Below are positions 8,014 through 20,107 of a stretch of DNA of 39,451 nucleotides, piece after piece. Where the stretch lies: NCBI GenBank assembly GCA_030637505.1, contig DAOWGJ010000297.1:1-39451 (forward strand), written 5' to 3'. This DNA comes from Holophagae bacterium. Lineage in GTDB: Bacteria > Acidobacteriota > Thermoanaerobaculia > Thermoanaerobaculales > Sulfomarinibacteraceae. Positions within the stretch are counted from its first letter, which is position 1, and the number at the start of each line of letters is the position of its first letter. The position numbers and the translations under genes are program-made. Below the pieces are notes generated by a model that did no database searches, had not been told where the DNA came from, and saw nothing but the letters and a program-made list of their open reading frames with translations.

Positions 8014-9420
8014 ATGGATCATCAACAGTCAACAAAGTCACGGGCTCAATGGGGGAGCCGTTTGGGGTTCATCCTTGCGGCCGCAGGGAGCGCCGTCGGG
8101 CTTGGCAACCTGTGGAAATTTCCCTACATCACCTACGAGAATGGCGGTGGCGCCTTTGTTTTGGTGTATTTGGTGGCTATCGTCTTGGTTGGGGCCCCGA
8201 TTATGTTGGCTGAGATCATCCTCGGTCGAAAGACACAGTTAGGTCCGGTCGGCGCTTTTCGGCGCCTGGGACGAGATCGGCCCGGCGGTCGCGCCTGGGT
8301 CGGGGTGGGAATCCTTGGGGTCGTAACCGGGTTTGTCATTCTTTCCTACTACAGCGTGGTGGCCGGATGGACTCTCCGTTATATCGTGCTGGCGCTCTCG
8401 GGAAAATTGGGCCCTCTAGCCAACGATCCTGCGGCCCTCCAGACTTTTTTTGGTGGCTTCCTCTCGAATCCATGGCAACAGACCTTCTTCCACCTCTCTT
8501 TCATGGGTGCGACGGTCGGCGTTGTCTACTTCGGCGTTGGCCATGGGATCGAACGAGCCGCCAAGGTCTTGATGCCGGTCTTATTTACGATCCTCCTGGG
8601 CCTCATGCTCTATGTTGTATGGACTCCAGGTTTTAACCAGGCGTTGGCTTTCATCTTTCGGCCGAATTTCTCGGAGTTGACCAGCGGCGGGGTTTTGGAG
8701 GCGCTGGGACACAGCTTTTTCACCCTCAGTCTGGGCATGGGCGCGATGCTGACCTACGGCAGCTATATGGGGAAAAAGACCTCAATTCCACGCGCGGCTA
8801 TTACGGTCTGTGTCCTCGATACGGTCATCGCGGTGATGGCATGCATCATCATGTTCTCCATAATTTTCAGCTTCGATTTCGAAATCACCAAATCTTCGAC
8901 AATTCTGTTTACGACCCTGCCGGTGGTCTTTTTTAAACTCCCCGGCGGGGCGGCGATCAGCGCTCTTTTTTACGTCCTGGTTGCCTTCGCCGCCTTGACA
9001 AGCACCATCAGTCTGCTGGAAGTCGTCGCAAGTTATGCGATCGACGAGTTCGGTTGGGCGCGGCGCAGAGCTACCCTGATTATGGGCGGATCCATCGCAC
9101 TCTTCGGCATCCTCAACGCTCTGAGTCTCGGAGGGGTTCAGAGCCTTTCTGAGATCAATTTCATCGGTCGGCCATCGACAGCAGGCATCTTCGGGACCCT
9201 CGACTACCTCGCGAGCAACTGGTTTTTGCCGGTCGGTGGGTTCTTGATTGCTCTTTTCGTTGGATGGGCTTTGACCAAAGACGAGAACCTGCAGGAACTC
9301 GAAGCCGGCCATGGACCGATGAAGACCTTCGGGGTCTGGCGCTTTCTCCTTCGTTTTGCCGCTCCCCTGGCGGTCGGTGCGATCATCGTCAGCGTCATTC
9401 TGGGGGCGGAGTATCAGTAG
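8014..9420 (+). CDS. Sodium-dependent transporter, neurotransmitter:sodium symporter (NSS/SNF) family
   Basis: Canonical NSS N-terminus WGSRLGFILAAAGSAVGLGNLWKFPYITYENGGGAFVLVYL. Polytopic throughout. Confidence 0.9.
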   Translation: MDHQQSTKSRAQWGSRLGFILAAAGSAVGLGNLWKFPYITYENGGGAFVLVYLVAIVLVGAPIMLAEIILGRKTQLGPVGAFRRLGRDRPGGRAWVGVGILGVVTGFVILSYYSVVAGWTLRYIVLALSGKLGPLANDPAALQTFFGGFLSNPWQQTFFHLSFMGATVGVVYFGVGHGIERAAKVLMPVLFTILLGLMLYVVWTPGFNQALAFIFRPNFSELTSGGVLEALGHSFFTLSLGMGAMLTYGSYMGKKTSIPRAAITVCVLDTVIAVMACIIMFSIIFSFDFEITKSSTILFTTLPVVFFKLPGGAAISALFYVLVAFAALTSTISLLEVVASYAIDEFGWARRRATLIMGGSIALFGILNALSLGGVQSLSEINFIGRPSTAGIFGTLDYLASNWFLPVGGFLIALFVGWALTKDENLQELEAGHGPMKTFGVWRFLLRFAAPLAVGAIIVSVILGAEYQ

Positions 9421-9434
9421 ACCTTACCCGCGGG

Positions 9435-9512
9435 AAGGATCCTGAGGGACAGAGCCCGCCGGAGCGAGACCTAGCACGAGTTGGTCCACGGCCTCTGACC
9501 CTCAGGATCCTT
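9435..9512. repeat. Long inverted repeat (24-nt arms, 2 mismatches, 30-nt spacer) just downstream of the transporter gene
   Basis: Arm AAGGATCCTGAGGGACAGAGCCCG (9435-9458) against the reverse complement of 9489-9512, AAGGATCCTGAGGGTCAGAGGCCG. Confidence 0.7.
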
Positions 9513-9537
9513 TGGTGCGCTTCGCGCGGTAGGTAAT

Positions 9538-9565
9538 AAAAAAAAGCGGGCCCTGACGGACCCGC
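9538..9565 (-). terminator. Rho-independent terminator oriented for the minus strand
   Basis: Minus strand reads GCGGGTCC-GTCA-GGGCCCGC followed by TTTTTTTT (the plus-strand A8 run at 9538-9545). It lies about 200 nt downstream of the atpC stop. Confidence 0.65.
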
Positions 9566-9666
9566 TTACAAACATCCATTTTTCAAGAACTCAAACGGTG
9601 CGGTCGGCAGATCCAGTCTGGTCTGGCTGGTTCTGGAATAATCTCTACCCGGCGCGAAGCGCCACT

Positions 9667-9754
9667 ACCTATGGGCGTGGCCGGATTGGCCTATCACTCC
9701 GCCAATCAGCATTCTCGTGAATTCAAAAGGCCAATACGGACCGCGTCCATAGGT
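9667..9754. repeat. Imperfect 25/26-nt inverted repeat (long hairpin) starting 11 nt downstream of the atpC stop
   Basis: ACCTATGGGCGTGGCCGGATTGGCC (9667-9691) pairs with GGCCAATACGGACCGCGTCCATAGGT (9729-9754). There is one bulge and three non-Watson-Crick positions. Two of those are G-U pairs only if the plus strand is the RNA. Confidence 0.65.
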
Positions 9755-9765
9755 CCCACCAAGCC

Positions 9766-10166
9766 CTAGGCCTTTCCGAGAACCTCAAGCGCGGCTTCTG
9801 CAGACCGCAAACGCCCACTGACACTCTCAAAATCGTCGAAATCAACGGTCTTCAACTCTTCGTTCGCCTGGTCGCGCTCGCTGAGCTCCTGCTCTCGATC
9901 GATCTCCTCAAGCAGCCGCGCCTCTCGTGCCAGGACGGTCACCTTATCCGGCTGAATCTCGGCAAACCCGTCCCTGACCACCAGTTTGTACTCTCGGCCA
10001 TCTGAGGTATAAGCGACCCGCCCAATGGCCAGGGCTGTCAAGAGCTGCGTGTGCCCCGGAAGAATACCCAGCTCCCCCATGACCCCCGGCAACCGGACCT
10101 CGTCCACCTCAGCCTCCAAAACCCGTCGGTGGCGGGTCACGATCTCGAGGTGCAACCGCTCGCCCA

Positions 10167-10167
<1 letters not shown>
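9766..10167 (-). CDS. atpC: F1Fo ATP synthase subunit epsilon
   Basis: LHLEIVTRHRRVLEAEVDEVRLPGVMGELGILPGH is typical epsilon. ATG 10167 (GGAGG upstream) or GTG 10170; either overlaps the atpD stop. Confidence 0.92.
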
Positions 10168-14018
<3,851 letters not shown>

Positions 14019-14029
14019 CTACCCCTGTC

Positions 14030-14566
14030 TCACAGGGCCCCTCGGCCCAGTTGTTTCAATTGTCCGGCGAGGGACCCGTCAAAGAGCTTGGAACCCACCT
14101 GAAGCCGGAAGCCTCCCAGCAACTCGGGTGTTTCGATGAAATCGGCGACAACATCGGTGGCCAGGACCTTTTCTAGGGCGTCAATGAGGGCCCGACGCCC
14201 CGTTTCGTCGAGAACCGAAGCAACCTCGACCCTCGCGTGGACCCGGCCCAAAGACCGGTCAACCATTGAGCGAAAACCGGCTGCGATATCACTCATATGC
14301 TCCAGCCTAAAGTGGCTTTGCACAACAAAGATGAACCGCCGTACAGGGCCGTCGATCTCGAGGGCCTGCAACACCTGATCCAGGATCTTTTGCTTGACCT
14401 CCGGTGGAACCAGAGGCGAAACCATGGTCCGCTGCAGCTCCGGCACCAGACGAAGGATCTCCGCCACCTGATCGAGTGAATCTGTCATCCGATCGGCAGC
14501 GCTGCCGCTCCCGGCAACTTCAAACAACGCTTTGACGTAGGGGGCCGCCCTGAAACGTGACATCAC
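14030..14566 (-). CDS. atpH: F1Fo ATP synthase subunit delta (OSCP)
   Basis: YVKALFEVA at the N-terminus, and C-terminal LLGGFRLQVGSKLFDGSLAGQLKQL. ATGA overlap with atpF. Confidence 0.9.
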   Translation of the reverse strand: MMSRFRAAPYVKALFEVAGSGSAADRMTDSLDQVAEILRLVPELQRTMVSPLVPPEVKQKILDQVLQALEIDGPVRRFIFVVQSHFRLEHMSDIAAGFRSMVDRSLGRVHARVEVASVLDETGRRALIDALEKVLATDVVADFIETPELLGGFRLQVGSKLFDGSLAGQLKQLGRGAL

Positions 14567-15132
14567 CCCTCCTCGCCTGCGGGCCCAAGCGCCTGAACAC
14601 TTCGGTCCATCACTCTCTTCCGGTCTGCATCCGTCATGCCCTTCTGAAGAAGATCGTGCGCCAACCGGGCCGTCAATTCGGCGGTCTCTTTGGCGAGGAT
14701 CTCGCGCGTTTCTGTTTCTCGCTGGGAAATCTCATCGTTGACCCGACGAAGAAGACGTTCGGTCTCATCACGGCTTTCCGCCGCTATCCGATCGGCCTCT
14801 TCCTGCCCCAGGGCCTCGGACCGCCCGAGAATTTCTGCGACCTCAACCTCGACTTTGCTCAGGCGATCCAGGACCTCGGTCTTCAGGCGCTCCGCCTCCA
14901 CAAGGCGTTCTTCCGCCTGTTTGAGATCACCGGCAATTCCATCCTTCCTGGCCTCAAGAAAGACACTGACGGGTTGGCCCACAAACCGGGCCAATAGATA
15001 TAAGAACACTGTCAGGTTGAGGGCCAACCACAGAAAGACCGGCACACCAAGCTTGGTTTCACCGTGGTCCACCGCATAGGCCAAGCCCAAGAGGACACAG
15101 AAAACAACCACCCAGATTCCGAACGACTTCAC
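14563..15132 (-). CDS. atpF: F1Fo ATP synthase subunit b
   Basis: A single N-terminal TM helix followed by a long charged helix (A/E/R/L rich). Its position upstream of atpH fits. GTG start in a GTGA overlap with the b' gene. Confidence 0.85.
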   Translation of the reverse strand: MKSFGIWVVVFCVLLGLAYAVDHGETKLGVPVFLWLALNLTVFLYLLARFVGQPVSVFLEARKDGIAGDLKQAEERLVEAERLKTEVLDRLSKVEVEVAEILGRSEALGQEEADRIAAESRDETERLLRRVNDEISQRETETREILAKETAELTARLAHDLLQKGMTDADRKRVMDRSVQALGPAGEEG

Positions 15133-15560
15133 GGGTGTACCTCCCGCCCCAAGAGCCGTTGTACCAACTCTCGTGACAGACTCTCCGCCCGTTCTCGAAG
15201 TTCAACTCGGGCCTTTTCGGCATCCTGACTCAGGGCCTCCAGGGCGCTCTCGAGCTTCTTTTCAGCCTCTTTCCTGGCGGTGTCGAATTTCTGCTGTTTG
15301 TCCTGGTGGGCGCCGATGCGATAGGTCTCACGAGTCTTGGCAGCGGCTCGCGCTGCCTCAATCAATTCATCCTCGATTCGGCCGGTCGCCGAGAGTAAAT
15401 CTTCGTTCTTGGCGGTCCAGGCTTTTTCGGCGCCGTCTATTTGTTCATGGCGTTGCTCCAACACCGTATTGACAGGACGAATCAGAAACCGGTTCACCAA
15501 CCAGAGCGTGACCCAAAAACAGAGCATAATCAGAACTATGGATATATTTGGTGGGGTCAT
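15129..15560 (-). CDS. F1Fo ATP synthase subunit b' (second b-type stator subunit)
   Basis: Same architecture as b: one TM helix (ISIVLIMLCFWVTLWLV) plus a coiled helix. ATG 15560 (MTPPNIS) has GGAG 7 nt upstream. The longer track ORF (to 15656) would overlap the bactofilin gene. Confidence 0.8.
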   Translation of the reverse strand: MTPPNISIVLIMLCFWVTLWLVNRFLIRPVNTVLEQRHEQIDGAEKAWTAKNEDLLSATGRIEDELIEAARAAAKTRETYRIGAHQDKQQKFDTARKEAEKKLESALEALSQDAEKARVELRERAESLSRELVQRLLGREVHP

Positions 15561-15627
15561 TCGTCGCTCCAGAAGTGTTCCATATCCAACCCAGACAAGC
15601 TCATGGCACCAACGAGATTGGCGGCAA

Positions 15628-16008
15628 TCAAGACGATATCGCCTTTGTGCCGTCAACCGCTATCAAGCCGGGCTTTTTTTCCATTGTGACCTTTCCCTCG
15701 AGAAAAGCCCCCTCCTCCATCACCAGCGCGGCGGTGAAGATCTCAGCCCACACCTTGGCTGATGCATGCAACACGACTTGCTCCGCGGCCCGGATGGTAC
15801 CACGAACCTCGCCTCCTACAACGCACCTGCCGACGTCAATCTCACCTTCGACGCTCCCGGTCTCTCCCACGAGCAACTCCGACGAGGACTGGATGTGGCC
15901 CTCCACCCGTCCATCCAGGCGAAAGGTGTTCTTGAACTCCAACTCGCCACGGATCACGCACCCTATATCAACAAAACCACTCAAGGCATCTCCACTTCGT
16001 GCCATCAC
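15628..16008 (-). CDS. Bactofilin (polymer-forming cytoskeletal protein, DUF583 beta-helix)
   Basis: Repetitive beta-helical pattern (IRGELEFKNTFRLDGRVEGHIQSSSELLVGETGSVEGEIDVGRCVVGGEVRGTIRAAEQVVLHASAKVWAEI). The start (GTG 16008 or ATG 16005) overlaps the parB stop. Confidence 0.85.
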   Translation of the reverse strand: MMARSGDALSGFVDIGCVIRGELEFKNTFRLDGRVEGHIQSSSELLVGETGSVEGEIDVGRCVVGGEVRGTIRAAEQVVLHASAKVWAEIFTAALVMEEGAFLEGKVTMEKKPGLIAVDGTKAISS

Positions 16009-16865
16009 CCGTCTCCAATCAGCAGATCAAAAACATGAAGAAGCTCATCGTGGCTCGAACATGACACCACGATTCGCCCACCCTTTTTGTTTTTTATGAT
16101 CTCAACTTGAGATCCTAATTTGAGAGTAAGCTTTTTTTCCGCGCTCATTATATTTGGGTCTTTGGATTTAGTTGGTCTATTGCGACGAATCGGCTTCTTT
16201 TCTTCCTCGCGCACCTTTGCGGCGGCCCGCTCGAGAACCCGGACGCTCAAACCCTCCGCAACCACCCGATCGGCCCAAGTCTCCATCTCGTTCTCGGCAG
16301 CAAAGGCCAAGAGGGCCCGACCGTGACCTGCTGACAGCCGGCCCTCTTCGACGAGAAACCGGATTCTCTCTGGTAACTTTAAGAGACGAAGTGAGTTAGA
16401 GACGGTGCTGCGGTCAATGCCGACTCGCTCAGCAATCTGTGATTGCGAAAGGCCGCGGTCGGCACCGAGTTGCTCGTAGGCTCGGGCTTCTTCCAGCGGC
16501 GTCAGGTCGCGCCGCTGGAGGTTTTCCACCAGAGCCAACTCAAGCTCGAGTTGCCCGTCGACTTTCTCCCGAATGACGACCGGAATCCGGTCGAGGCCGG
16601 CCTTTTTGGCCGCTCTCCAGCGCCTCTCGCCCGCCACTATCATGTACCGGCCCGGCCCATCTTCACTGACCAGAAGTGGTTGAAGCACCCCGTGCTCCAG
16701 GATGGACGCCGCCAGTCCCTCAAGGGCCTCAGTTTCGAATCGCGTCCTCGGTTGTCGAGGGTTGGCAACCAGCCGGTTGATGTCAATCAGAGCAAAGCCG
16801 GCGTGGATCTGAGGCGCCTCCGGCAATAACGCCTTGAGGCCTCGTCCCAACACCTTCCTAGCCAT
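16005..16865 (-). CDS. parB: Chromosome partitioning protein ParB/Spo0J
   Basis: MARKVLGRGLKALLP N-terminus, the ParB box GERRWRAAKKAG, and an HTH (SQSQIAERVGIDRSTVSNSLRLL). ATG 16865 has GGAGG 6 nt upstream and overlaps the parA stop (ATGGCTAG). The track ORF's 41-aa extension is rejected. Confidence 0.93.
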   Translation of the reverse strand: MARKVLGRGLKALLPEAPQIHAGFALIDINRLVANPRQPRTRFETEALEGLAASILEHGVLQPLLVSEDGPGRYMIVAGERRWRAAKKAGLDRIPVVIREKVDGQLELELALVENLQRRDLTPLEEARAYEQLGADRGLSQSQIAERVGIDRSTVSNSLRLLKLPERIRFLVEEGRLSAGHGRALLAFAAENEMETWADRVVAEGLSVRVLERAAAKVREEEKKPIRRNRPTKSKDPNIMSAEKKLTLKLGSQVEIIKNKKGGRIVVSCSSHDELLHVFDLLIGDG

Positions 16866-17646
16866 GGAGGGCCTCCATTCGGCCCAGATACTCCCGGCCC
16901 AGGTGTAAATATGACTGCGCACCCCGACTTCTGAGGTCGTAGGCGTGGATCGGTCTCCCAAAAGAGGGGGCCTCCGCCAGTCGGACATTTCGTGGGATCA
17001 CCGTCTCAAAGACCAACTCCCCAAAAACGTTCCGGACCTCCTCCGCCACTTGTCGGGCCAGGTTGGTCCGGTCATCGAACATCGTGAGAATCACCCCATC
17101 CAATTCCAATGTTGGGTTGAGAAACCGCCTGACCTCTTCAACAGTCTTCATGAGTTCACTGACGCCCTCAAGGGCGAAATACTCACACTGAATCGGAATC
17201 AAAAGCCCATCAGCGGCCGTCAACGCGTTGATGGTCAACTGGCCCAAGGCCGGTGGGCAATCCATGAGGAGGAAACTGTAGCCCTCAATCTGGCGCAGTC
17301 CGTCCCGCACCCTGAACTCGCGCCCCACCATCCCAACCAGTTCAACTTCTGCTCCAGCGAGGTCCGGTGTGGCTGGAATAATCGAGAGGTGAGGGAAGCC
17401 GGTCGGTCTGACCATCGCGTTGGGGTCTGAACCATTGATGATCAGGCCGTAGCTGGTTCCCATGGCCTCGGTGACCCCCCGTAAACCAAGGCCGGAGGTG
17501 CAGTTGGATTGCGGATCGAGATCGACAATCACCGTGCGTTGTTCGTACGCGGCCAACGTTGCGCCAAGGTTGACGACAGTTGTTGTCTTTCCTACTCCAC
17601 CCTTCTGGTTGGCGACGGCGACGATTCGAGGTTTCACGTGGAACAC
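16858..17646 (-). CDS. parA: Chromosome partitioning ATPase ParA/Soj
   Basis: Deviant Walker A in VANQKGGVGKTTT. The start is GTG 17646, or GTG 17637 in a GTGA overlap with the rsmG stop. Confidence 0.93.
   Translation of the reverse strand: MFHVKPRIVAVANQKGGVGKTTTVVNLGATLAAYEQRTVIVDLDPQSNCTSGLGLRGVTEAMGTSYGLIINGSDPNAMVRPTGFPHLSIIPATPDLAGAEVELVGMVGREFRVRDGLRQIEGYSFLLMDCPPALGQLTINALTAADGLLIPIQCEYFALEGVSELMKTVEEVRRFLNPTLELDGVILTMFDDRTNLARQVAEEVRNVFGELVFETVIPRNVRLAEAPSFGRPIHAYDLRSRGAQSYLHLGREYLGRMEALHG
17629..17644. promoter_or_regulatory. parS centromere-like site (15/16 match)
   Basis: The reverse complement TGTTCCACGTGAAACC matches the canonical TGTTCCACGTGAAACA at 15 of 16 positions. It straddles the rsmG stop and the parA start. 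Confidence 0.8.
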
Positions 17647-18233
17647 ACCTTAAAAAAGATAAGACGGCCCCTCTCGAGGCCGAGAAGCGGCGAGCTTAAC
17701 ATAGACCAACCCGAGAGCCCACTCAGGCGACGGACATCATCAACGGTGCCCCAGATCGCCACCGCGCCCGAAGGTGCCACGTGGTCAACCGCCCACTCGA
17801 GGATTGCCTCGTGCCCACCAACAGCACGGACGGTCAACAGGTCAAACCCAGCCTCTTCCACACCCTCGTACCGGGCCCGAACAACCCGCGCCCGAAGCCC
17901 CAGTTCGCGCACGACCAGGTTCAAGAAGGCCCACCGTTTCTGCCGGGGTTCAACCAGGAGCCCAGACCACTGATCCATCACACACAACAGAGGCACCCCG
18001 GGAAGGCCGGCGCCGCTTCCGATATCAACCAGGCGGCCTTTTTCGTTGAGGTGTTCGATGGGGGCCAGTGATTCCAGGATGTGCCGATCAACCATCTCTT
18101 GGCGGTCGGACGCACTTACGAGATTATGCCGCTGAGCCCACCGTTCGAGAAGATCACCAAAGGCCGCGAGGCGCTCCACCGCCTCCTTCGGGGCTCTACC
18201 CTGGAGCAGGTTAGCGAATGACGGCCCGCTCAC
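17634..18233 (-). CDS. rsmG: 16S rRNA (guanine527-N7)-methyltransferase RsmG (GidB)
   Basis: SAM-binding motif LVDIGSGAGLPGVPL, and conserved synteny between mnmG and parA. GTG start 4 nt after the mnmG stop. Confidence 0.9.
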   Translation of the reverse strand: MSGPSFANLLQGRAPKEAVERLAAFGDLLERWAQRHNLVSASDRQEMVDRHILESLAPIEHLNEKGRLVDIGSGAGLPGVPLLCVMDQWSGLLVEPRQKRWAFLNLVVRELGLRARVVRARYEGVEEAGFDLLTVRAVGGHEAILEWAVDHVAPSGAVAIWGTVDDVRRLSGLSGWSMLSSPLLGLERGRLIFFKVCST

Positions 18234-18237
18234 CCAA

Positions 18238-20097
18238 TTACTCCCGTCTCGCGGCGCTCAAACGGCCTGCGATCAGTGCCATCGCCGCGGGGGTTATTCC
18301 CGCCAGACGCTCGGCCTCAGCGAGTGTTTTCGGACGAACCCTCTCCATCTCTTCCAAAACCTCCCGGGATAGACCAATAATCGCTTGATAGGAAAAATCG
18401 CCCGGGATCGGAATATGTCTCAACCGCTCGATCCGTGATCGCTCGCGACTGTGGCGTTCCACATACCCGGAATACCGGAGCTGTCCAACAACGATCGCCC
18501 GGTCTTCCGGCGACAACGCCCCAAGACCCGGCGCCAACGCCGCGGCCTGCCTGTCGTCAATGTCTTGCCTTCGGAGAATTCCCGCCCACGTGGTCGGGTT
18601 TCGAAGCTCGACACCGAGGCTCGCGCGGAACTGCTCCCTGGTCAACCGGTTCGGCGACAACGCGCTCGATTCCAACAGCAGCCCCACCCGGCGGCGGCGC
18701 TCCCATTTTTCCTGTTCCACGTGAAACACTCCGGTGGGAACCAGGCCCAAACGAACACCCTCGGCCATCAGTCGCTCTGTGGCGGAATCGACCCCCAACA
18801 AAAGCCGGTGCTCAGCCCGGGACGTGAATATTCGATAGGGTTCTCGGTGCTCTCGGTTGACGAGGTCATCTACCAGAACACCGATGTAGGCCTGCTCACG
18901 CCCCAACCGGAGGCCTTCAGCGCCAAGAAGCGATGCCGCCGCGTTGGTCCCGGCGATAAAGCCAAGGGCGGCGGCCTCCTCATAACCCGAGGTGCCCATG
19001 ATCTGGCCGGCCAGATACAGTCCGGGGACCGTCGACACCTGAAGGTCATGCCCAACCTGTTTCGGGGCCACCACATCGTATTCAACCGCGTAGCCATACC
19101 GAAGAAACCGCGCCTCTTCAAAGCCGGGAACCGCTCGAACCACCAACTCCTGAATATCGGCCGGGAGTGAGGTCGAGAGCCCGTTGACATACATGCTCGG
19201 GCCATTCAGCGTCTCCGGTTCCAGAAAAACCGTGTGTTCCTTGTGGTGAGGAAAGCGAACGATCTTGTCTTCGATCGATGGACAGTACCGCGGCCCCACC
19301 CCATCGATTCTCCCGCTGAAGAGTGGTGATCTGTCGAGGTTTTCCTTGATGATGTCCCGAATCATCTCCGGCGTGCGGCCCACCCAACAGACCGCTCGAT
19401 TGACCACCGAACGCGTTCTCCATGAAAAGGGCCGTGGATTGTCATCTCCTTCTTGGGTCTCCAGCTTGCTGTAGTCTATGCTCCTTCTGTGGAGCCTCGG
19501 TGGCGTTCCGGTCTTAAATCGACGCAACTCCAAACCTAAACCCCGAAGACTCTTTCCAAGGCCGACACTGGGGCGCTCTCCAAAACGTCCCCCTTCTTGC
19601 CGGTCATCCCCGGTATGAATCACCCCCCCCAAAAAGGTTCCGGTCGTGAGGATCACACATGCGCCCCGAATGACCTCTCCCGACGCCAACCGAACACCAG
19701 AAGCCCGGCCCTTTTCAATGACAATCTCTCTCGCTTCACCCTCGATAACGGTCATGTTTCGGGCTCGAGCCACGAGCCGCCGCATCAACTGGCTGTACCG
19801 TTCCTTGTCGCATTGGGCTCGAGGGCCCCACACCGCCGGCCCCCTGGAGGCGTTGAGTCGCCTGAATTGAATCCCGGATCTATCCGCCGCCCAGCCCTGA
19901 ATGCCGCCCAGTGCGTCTAATTCGATTATCAGATGTCCTTTACCGATGCCTCCGGCGGCCGGATTACAGGGCATCTGGCCGATGGTGTCTCGACTTAGGG
20001 TGACGATACACACCGTGGCACCCATGCGGGCCGTGACCATCGCAGCTTCGATGCCGGCGTGTCCTGCGCCGACCACAACAACATCCCATTTCCTCAC
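18238..20097 (-). CDS. mnmG: tRNA uridine 5-carboxymethylaminomethyl modification enzyme MnmG (GidA)
   Basis: FAD motif DVVVVGAGHAGIEAA and the family-typical PSMYVNGLSTSLP and GLYLAGQIMGTSGYEEAAA. The likely start is GTG 20097 (VRKWDVVVVG), 10 nt after the mnmE stop. The track ORF reaches 20160 but would overlap mnmE. Confidence 0.92.
   Translation of the reverse strand: MRKWDVVVVGAGHAGIEAAMVTARMGATVCIVTLSRDTIGQMPCNPAAGGIGKGHLIIELDALGGIQGWAADRSGIQFRRLNASRGPAVWGPRAQCDKERYSQLMRRLVARARNMTVIEGEAREIVIEKGRASGVRLASGEVIRGACVILTTGTFLGGVIHTGDDRQEGGRFGERPSVGLGKSLRGLGLELRRFKTGTPPRLHRRSIDYSKLETQEGDDNPRPFSWRTRSVVNRAVCWVGRTPEMIRDIIKENLDRSPLFSGRIDGVGPRYCPSIEDKIVRFPHHKEHTVFLEPETLNGPSMYVNGLSTSLPADIQELVVRAVPGFEEARFLRYGYAVEYDVVAPKQVGHDLQVSTVPGLYLAGQIMGTSGYEEAAALGFIAGTNAAASLLGAEGLRLGREQAYIGVLVDDLVNREHREPYRIFTSRAEHRLLLGVDSATERLMAEGVRLGLVPTGVFHVEQEKWERRRRVGLLLESSALSPNRLTREQFRASLGVELRNPTTWAGILRRQDIDDRQAAALAPGLGALSPEDRAIVVGQLRYSGYVERHSRERSRIERLRHIPIPGDFSYQAIIGLSREVLEEMERVRPKTLAEAERLAGITPAAMALIAGRLSAARRE
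18713..18728. promoter_or_regulatory. parS centromere site (16/16 match), inside the mnmG coding sequence
   Basis: The plus strand reads TGTTCCACGTGAAACA exactly. On the coding strand it encodes VFHVEQ of MnmG. Confidence 0.88.
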
Positions 20098-20107
20098 CGC
20101 GACACCT

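Noticed and set aside
9538-9765. Tested by eye whether the non-coding island is a known RNA: SRP/4.5S, RNase P RNA, tmRNA, 6S or a common riboswitch.
   Set aside because: The conserved cores are absent on both strands, for example the SRP GGAAGCAGCC-type motif and the RNase P GAGGAAAGTCCGGGC motif. 6S cannot be excluded or supported without a covariance-model search.
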